Assembly (NCBI GenBank): GCA_964016885.1
Contig: OZ024762.1
Location: forward strand, 29,078,001-29,142,000
DNA from: Eledone cirrhosa
Lineage: Eukaryota
Direction: 5' to 3'
DNA length: 64,000 nucleotides
Position numbers and translations under genes: made by a program. The notes beneath the pieces were generated by a model. The model saw only the letters and a list, made by a program, of their open reading frames with translations. It searched no databases and had not been told where the DNA came from. Position 1 is the stretch's first letter. The number at the start of each line of letters is the position of its first letter. This document shows positions 54,801 to 64,000 of the stretch, in pieces.

Positions 54801-57800
54801 ATCTCAGTCTTCTCTCCCACACACCACCACTTATCCCTCTTATACACAGTTTCTCTCTCAACACATCACATGTCCATACCATCTCAGTCTTCTCTCCCAC
54901 ACACCACAATTTATCCCTCTTATACCCAGTTTCTCTCTCAACACATCACATGTCCATACCATCTCAGTGTCTTCTCCCACACACTACAACTTATCCCTCT
55001 TATACACAGTTTCTCTCTCAACACATCACATGTCCATACCATCTCAGTCTTCTCTCCCACACACCACAACTTATCCCTCTTATACACAGTTTCTCTCTCA
55101 ATACATCACATGTCCATACCATCTCAGTCTTCTCTCCGACACACTACAACTTATCCCTCTTATACCCAGTTTCTCTCTCAACACATCACATGTCCATACC
55201 ATCTCAGTGTCTTCTCCCACACACTACAACTTATCCCTCTTATACACAGTTTCTCTCTCAACACATCACATGTCCATACCATCTCAGTCTTCTCTCCCAC
55301 ACACCACAATTTATCCCTCTTATACACAGTTTCTCTCTCAATACATCACATGTCCATACCATCTCAGTCTTCTCTCCCACACACTACAACTTATCCCTCT
55401 TATACACAGTTTCTCTCTCAACACATCACATGTCCATACCATCTCAGTCTTCTCTCCCACACACCACAACTTATCCCTCTTATACACAGTTTCTCTCTCA
55501 ATACATCACAAGTCCATACTATCTCAGTTTTCTCTCCCACACACGACAACTTATCCCTCTTATACACAGTTTCTCTCTCAACACATCACATGTCGATACC
55601 ATCTCAGTCTTCTCTCCCACACACCACAACTTATCCCTCTTATACACAGTTTCTCTCTCAATACATCACATGTCCATACCATCTCAGTCTTCTCTCCCAC
55701 ACACCACAACTTATCCCTCTTATACACAGTTTCTCTCTCAACACATCACATGTCCATACCATCTCAGTCTTCTCTCCCACACACCACAATTTATCCCTCT
55801 TATACCCAGTTTCTCTCTCAACACATCACATGTCCATACCATCTCAGTGTCTTCTCCCACACACTACAACTTATCCCTCTTATACACAGTTTCTCTCTCA
55901 ACACATCACATGTCCATACCATCTCAGTCTTCTCTCCCACACACCACAACTTATCCCTCTTATACACAGTTTCTCTCTCAACACATCACATGTCCATACC
56001 ATCTCAGTCTTCTCTCCCAATCACTACAACTTATCCCTCTTATACACAGTTTCTCTCTCAACACATCACATGTCCATACCATCTCAGTGTCTTCTCCCAC
56101 ACACTACAACTTATCCCTCTTATACACAGTTTCTCTCTCAACACATCACATGTCCATACCATCTCAGTCTTCTCTCCCACACACCACAACTTATCCCTCT
56201 TATACACAGTTTCTCTCTCAATACATCACATGTCCATACCATCTCAGTCTTCTCTCCCACACACTACAACTTATCCCTCTTATACACAGTTTCTCTCTCA
56301 ACACATCACATGTCCATACCATCTCAGTCTTCTCTCCCACACACCACAACTTATCCCTCTTATACAGTTTCTCTCTCAATACATCACATGTCCATACTAT
56401 CTCAGTTTTCTCTCCCACACACGACAACTTATCCCTCTTATACCCAGTTTCTCTCTCAACACATCACATGTCCATACCATCTCAGTGTCTTCTCCCACAC
56501 ACTACAACTTATCCCTCTTATACACAGTTTCTCTCTCAACACATCACATGTCCATACCATCTCAGTCTTCTCTCCCACACACCACAACTTATCCCTCTTA
56601 TACACAGTTTCTCTCTCAACACATCACATGTCGATACCATCTCAGTCTTCTCTCCCAATCACTACAACTTATCCCTCTTATACACAGTTAATCTCTCAAC
56701 ACATCACATGTCCATGCAATCTCAGTCTTCTCTCCCACTCACTACAACTTATCCCTCTTATACACAGTTAATCTCTCAACACATCACATGTCCATACCAT
56801 CTCAGTTTTCTCTCCCACTCACTACAACTTATCCCTCTTATACACAGTTTCTCTCTCAACACATCACATGTCCATACCATCTCAGTCTTCTCTCCCACAC
56901 ACCACAATTTATCCCTCTTATACACAGTTTCTCTCTCAACACATCAAATGTCCATACCATCTCAGTCTTCTCTCCCACACACCACAACTTATCCCTCTTA
57001 TACACAGTTTCTCTCTCAACTCATCAAATGTCCATACCATCTCAGTCTTCTCTCCCACACACCACCACTTATCCCTCTTATACACAGTTTCTCTCTCAAC
57101 ACATCACATGTCCATACCATCTCAGTCTTCTCCCCCACACACCACAACTTATCCCTCTTATACACAGTTTCTCTCTCAACACATCACATGTCCATACCAT
57201 CTCAGTCTTCTCTCCCACACACCACAACTTATCCCTCTTATACACAGTTTCTCTCTCAATACATCACATGTCCATACTATCTCAGTTTTCTCTCCCACAC
57301 ACTACAACTTATCCCTCTTATACCCAGTTTCTCTCTCAACACATCACATGTCCATACCATCTCAGTGTCTTCTCCCACACACTACAACTTATCCCTCTTA
57401 TACACAGTTTCTCTCTCAACACATCACATGTCCATACCATCTCAGTCTTCTCTCCCACACACCACAACTTATTCCTCTTATACACAGTTTCTCTCTCAAT
57501 ACATCACATGTCCATACCATCTCAGTCTTCTCTCCGACACACTACAACTTATCCCTCTTATACCCAGTTTCTCTCTCAACACATCACATGTCCATACCAT
57601 CTCAGTGTCTTCTCCCACACACTACAACTTATCCCTCTTATACACAGTTTCTCTCTCAACACATCACATGTCCATACCATCTCAGTCTTCTCTCCCACAC
57701 ACCACAACTTATCCCTCTTATACACAGTTTCTCTCTCAATACATCACATGTCCATACCATCTCAGTCTTCTCTCCCACACACTACAACTTATCCCTCTTA

Positions 57801-60800
57801 TACACAGTTTCTCTCTCAACACATCACATGTCCATACCATCTCAGTCTTCTCTCCCACACACCACAACTTATCCCTCTTATACACAGTTTCTCTCTCAAC
57901 ATATCACATGTCCATACCATCTCAGTCTTCTCTCCCAATCACTACAACTTATCCCTCTTATACACAGTTAATCTCTCAACACATCACATGTCCATGCCAT
58001 CACAGTCTTCTCTCCCACTCACTACAACTTATCCCTCTTATACACAGTTAATCTCTCAACATATCACATGTCCATACCATCTCAGTTTTCTCTCCCACTC
58101 ACTACAACTTATCCCTCTTATACACAGTTTCTCTCTCAACACATCACATGTCCATACCATCTCAGTCTTCTCTCCCACACACCACAACTTATCCGTCTTA
58201 TACCCAGTTTCTCCCTCAACACATCACATGTCCATACCATCTCAGTCTTCTCTGCCACACACTACAACTTATCCCTCTTATACACAGTTTCTCTCTCAAC
58301 GCATCACATGTCCATTCCATCTCAGTCTTCTCTCCCACACACTACAACTTATCCCTCTTATACACAGTTTCTCTCTCAACACATCACATGTCCATTCCAT
58401 CTCAGTCTTCTCTCCCACACACCACAACTTATCCCTCTTATACACAGTTAATCTCTTAACACATCACATGTCCATACCATCTCAGTCTTCTCTCCCACAC
58501 ACCACAATTTATCCCTCTTATACACAGTTAATCTCTTAACTCATCACATATCCATACCATCTCAGTCTTCTCTCCCACACACCACAACTTATCCCTCTTA
58601 TACACAGTTTCTCTCTCAACACATCACATGTCCATACCATCACAGTCTTCTCTCCCACACACTACAACTGATCCCTCTTATACACAGTTTCTCTCTCAAC
58701 TCATCACATGTCCATACCATCTCAGTCTTCTCTCCCACACACCACAACTTATCCCTCTTATACACAGTTTCTCTCTCAACACATCACATGTCCATACCAT
58801 CTCAGTCTTCTCCCCCACACACCACAACTTATCCCTCTTATACACAGTTTCTCTCTCAACACATCACATGTCCATACCATCTCAGTCTTCTCTCCCACAC
58901 ACCACAACTTATCCCTCTTATACACAGTTTCTCTCTCAATACATCACATGTCCATACTATCTCAGTTTTCTCTCCCACACACTACAACTTATCCCTCTTA
59001 TACCCAGTTTCTCTCTCAACACATCACATGTCCATACCATCTCAGTGTCTTCTCCCACACACTACAACTTATCCCTCTTATACACAGTTTCTCTCTCAAC
59101 ACATCACATGTCCATACCATCTCAGTCTTCTCTCCCACACACCACAACTTATCCCTCTTATACACAGTTTCTCTCTCAATACATCACATGTCCATACCAT
59201 CTCAGTCTTCTCTCCGACACACTACAACTTATCCCTCTTATACCCAGTTTCTCTCTCAACACATCACATGTCCATACCATCTCAGTGTCTTCTCCCACAC
59301 ACTACAACTTATCCCTCTTATACACAGTTTCTCTCTCAACACATCACATGTCCATACCATCTCAGTCTTCTCTCCCACACACCACAACTTATCCCTCTTA
59401 TACACAGTTTCTCTCTCAATACATCACATGTCCATACCATCTCAGTCTTCTCTCCCACACACCACAACTTATCCCTCTTATACACAGTTTCTCTCTCAAT
59501 ACATCACATGTCCATACTATCTCAGTTTTCTCTCCCACACACGACAACTTATCCCTCTTATACACAGTTTCTCTCTCAACACATCACATGTCCATACCAT
59601 CTCAGTCTTCTCTCCCACACACCACAACTTATCCCTCTTATACACAGTTTCTCTCTCAATACATCACATGTCCATACCATCTCAGTCTTCTCTCCCACAC
59701 ACCACAACTTATCCCTCTTATACACAGTTTCTCTCTCAACACATCACATGTCCATACCATCTCAGTCTTCTCTCCCACACACCACAATTTATCCCTCTTA
59801 TACCCAGTTTCTCTCTCAACACATCACATGTCCATACCATCTCAGTGTCTTCTCCCACACACTACAACTTATCCCTCTTATACACAGTTTCTCTCTCAAC
59901 ACATCACATGTCCATACCATCTCAGTCTTCTCTCCCACACACCACAACTTATCCCTCTTATACACAGTTTCTCTCTCAACACATCACATGTCCATACCAT
60001 CTCAGTCTTCTCTCCCAATCACTACAACTTATCCCTCTTATACACAGTTTCTCTCTCAACACATCACATGTCCATACCATCTCAGTGTCTTCTCCCACAC
60101 ACTACAACTTATCCCTCTTATACACAGTTTCTCTCTCAACACATCACATGTCCATACCATCTCAGTCTTCTCTCCCACACACCACAACTTATCCCTCTTA
60201 TACACAGTTTCTCTCTCAATACATCACATGTCCATACCATCTCAGTCTTCTCTCCCACACACTACAACTTATCCCTCTTATACACAGTTTCTCTCTCAAC
60301 ACATCACATGTCCATACCATCTCAGTCTTCTCTCCCACACACCACAACTTATCCCTCTTATACAGTTTCTCTCTCAATACATCACATGTCCATACTATCT
60401 CAGTTTTCTCTCCCACACACGACAACTTATCCCTCTTATACCCAGTTTCTCTCTCAACACATCACATGTCCATACCATCTCAGTGTCTTCTCCCACACAC
60501 TACAACTTATCCCTCTTATACACAGTTTCTCTCTCAACACATCACATGTCCATACCATCTCAGTCTTCTCTCCCACACACCACAACTTATCCCTCTTATA
60601 CACAGTTTCTCTCTCAACACATCACATGTCGATACCATCTCAGTCTTCTCTCCCAATCACTACAACTTATCCCTCTTATACACAGTTAATCTCTCAACAC
60701 ATCACATGTCCATGCCATCTCAGTCTTCTCTCCCACTCACTACAACTTATCCCTCTTATACACAGTTAATCTCTCAACACATCACATGTCCATACCATCT

Positions 60801-63800
60801 CAGTTTTCTCTCCCACTCACTACAACTTATCCCTCTTATACACAGTTTCTCTCTCAACACATCACATGTCCATACCATCTCAGTCTTCTCTCCCACACAC
60901 CACAATTTATCCCTCTTATACACAGTTTCTCTCTCAACACATCAAATGTCCATACCATCTCAGTCTTCTCTCCCACACACCACAACTTATCCCTCTTATA
61001 CACAGTTTCTCTCTCAACTCATCAAATGTCCATACCATCTCAGTCTTCTCTCCCACACACCACCACTTATCCCTCTTATACACAGTTAATCTCTCAACAC
61101 ATCACATGTCCATACCATCTCAGTCTTCTCCCCCACACACCACAACTTATCCCTCTTATACACAGTTTCTCTCTCAACACATCACATGTCCATACCATCT
61201 CAGTCTTCTCTCCCACACACCACAATTTATCCCTCTTATACACAGTTTCTCTCTCAATACATAACATGTCCATACTATCTCAGTTTTCTCTCCCACACAC
61301 GACAACTTATCCCTCTTATACACAGTTTCTCTCTCAACACATCACATGTCCATACCATCTCAGTCTTCTCTCCCACACACCACAACTTATCCCTCTTATA
61401 CACAGTTTCTCTCTCAATACATCACATGTCCATACCATCTCAGTCTTCTCTCCCACACACCACAACTTATCCCTCTTATACACAGTTTCTCTCTCAACAC
61501 ATCACATGTCCATACCATCTCAGTCTTCTCTCCCACACACCACAATTTATCCCTCTTATACCCAGTTTCTCTCTCAACACATCACATGTCCATACCATCT
61601 CAGTGTCTTCTCCCACACACTACAACTTATCCCTCTTATACACAGTTTCTCTCTCAACACATCACATGTCCATACCATCTCAGTCTTCTCTCCCACACAC
61701 CACAACTTATCCCTCTTATACACAGTTTCTCTCTCAACACATCACATGTCCATACCATCTCAGTCTTCTCTCCCAATCACTACAACTTATCCCTCTTATA
61801 CACAGTTTCTCTCTCAACACATCACATGTCCATACCATCTCAGTGTCTTCTCCCACACACTACAACTTATCCCTCTTATACACAGTTTCTCTCTCAACAC
61901 ATCACATGTCCATACCATCTCAGTCTTCTCTCCCACACACCACAACTTATCCCTCTTATACACAGTTTCTCTCTCAATACATCACATGTCCATACCATCT
62001 CAGTCTTCTCTCCCACACACTACAACTTATCCCTCTTATACACAGTTTCTCTCTCAACACATCACATGTCCATACCATCTCAGTCTTCTCTCCCACACAC
62101 CACAACTTATCCCTCTTATACAGTTTCTCTCTCAATACATCACATGTCCATACTATCTCAGTTTTCTCTCCCACACACGACAACTTATCCCTCTTATACC
62201 CAGTTTCTCTCTCAACACATCACATGTCCATACCATCTCAGTGTCTTCTCCCACACACTACAACTTATCCCTCTTATACACAGTTTCTCTCTCAACACAT
62301 CACATGTCCATACCATCTCAGTCTTCTCTCCCACACACCACAACTTATCCCTCTTATACACAGTTTCTCTCTCAACACATCACATGTCGATACTATCTCA
62401 GTCTTCTCTCCCAATCACTACAACTTATCCCTCTTATACACAGTTAATCTCTCAACACATCACATGTCCATGCCATCTCAGTCTTCTCTCCCACTCACTA
62501 CAACTTATCCCTCTTATACACAGTTAATCTCTCAACACATCACATGTCCATACCATCTCAGTTTTCTCTCCCACTCACTACAACTTATCCCTCTTATACA
62601 CAGTTTCTCTCTCAACACATCACATGTCCATACCATCTCAGTCTTCTCTCCCACACACCACAATTTATCCCTCTTATACACAGTTTCTCTCTCAACACAT
62701 CAAATGTCCATACCATCTCAGTCTTCTCTCCCACACACCACAACTTATCCCTCTTATACACAGTTTCTCTCTCAACTCATCAAATGTCCATACCATCTCA
62801 GTCTTCTCTCCCACACACCACCACTTATCCCTCTTATACACAGTTAATCTCTCAACACATCACATGTCCATACCATCTCAGTCTTCTCCCCCACACACCA
62901 CAACTTATCCCTCTTATACACAGTTTCTCTCTCAACACATCACATGTCCATACCATCTCAGTCTTCTCTCCCACACACCACAACTTATCCCTCTTATACA
63001 CAGTTTCTCTCTCAATACATCACATGTCCATACTATCTCAGTTTTCTCTCCCACACACTACAACTTATCCCTCTTATACCCAGTTTCTCTCTCAACACAT
63101 CACATGTCCATACCATCTCAGTGTCTTCTCCCACACACTACAACTTATCCCTCTTATACACAGTTTCTCTCTTAACACATCACATGTCCATACCATCTCA
63201 GTCTTCTCTCCCACACACCACAACTTATCCCTCTTATACACAGTTTCTCTCTCAATACATCACATGTCCATACCATCTCAGTCTTCTCTCCGACACACTA
63301 CAACTTATCCCTCTTATACCCAGTTTCTCTCTCAACACATCACATGTCCATACCATCTCAGTGTCTTCTCCCACACACTACAACTTATCCCTCTTATACA
63401 CAGTTTCTCTCTCAACACATCACATGTCCATACCATCTCAGTCTTCTCTCCCACACACTACAACTTATCCCTCTTATACACAGTTTCTCTCTCAACACAT
63501 CACATGTCCATACCATCTCAGTCTTCTCTCCCACACACCACAACTTATCCCTCTTATACACAGTTTCTCTCTCAATACATAACATGTCCATACTATCTCA
63601 GTTTTCTCTCCCACACACGACAACTTATCCCTCTTATACACAGTTTCTCTCTCAACACATCACATGTCCATACCATCTCAGTCTTCTCTCCCACACACCA
63701 CAACTTATCCCTCTTATACACAGTTTCTCTCTCAATACATCACATGTCCATACCATCTCAGTCTTCTCTCCCACACACCACAACTTATCCCTCTTATACA

Positions 63801-64000
63801 CAGTTTCTCTCTCAACACATCACATGTCCATACCATCTCAGTGTCTTCTCCCACACACTACAACTTATCCCTCTTATACACAGTTTCTCTCTCAACACAT
63901 CACATGTCCATACCATCTCAGTCTTCTCTCCCACACACCACAACTTATCCCTCTTATACACAGTTTCTCTCTCAACACATCACATGTCCATACCATCTCA
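27820..64000. repeat. 80-bp satellite array (~450 monomers, runs off window end), LINE-ORF-derived, with higher-order repeats
   Basis: Unit CATCTCAGTCTTCTCTCCCACACACCACAACTTATCCCTCTTATACACAGTTTCTCTCTCAACACATCACATGTCCATAC. Minus strand encodes VLREKLCIRGISCSVWERRLRWYGHVM. Confidence 0.98.

Noticed and set aside
27802-63582. Very long His/Ser/Thr/Pro-rich ORFs up to 2155 aa
   Set aside because: The 80-bp monomer lacks stop codons on the plus strand, so all three frames are open. These are antisense to LINE-derived satellite and show no coding signal.

Overview
Repeat-dominated eukaryotic (animal) DNA. The C2H2 zinc-finger style and the SINE/LINE families suggest a cephalopod such as Octopus; this is an inference from recalled repeat consensus sequences. 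About 80% of the window is tandem repeat: a 127-bp satellite (1-9709), a 34-bp G-rich minisatellite in two inverted arrays (22408-23483 and 23952-27265), and an 80-bp satellite with higher-order structure (27820 to the window end). Unique-looking sequence holds a frameshifted multi-finger C2H2 zinc-finger exon (15139-16391), a 2.1-kb non-autonomous LTR retroelement (366-bp LTRs, GTAC TSD, tRNA-Trp PBS), tRNA-derived SINEs, RTE-type LINE 3' fragments, Helitron-like elements and one isolated 59-bp candidate exon. Main observations: (1) the >36-kb satellite is an amplified piece of RTE-LINE ORF2 still attached to a LINE 3' end; (2) the 127-bp satellite is the amplified 3' end of a split V-domain SINE; (3) the 59-bp exon sits in the loop of a kilobase-scale inverted minisatellite; (4) the LTR PBS matches tRNA-Trp for about 32 nt, with a mismatch opposite m1A58. 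All very long ORFs in the track are repeat artefacts.
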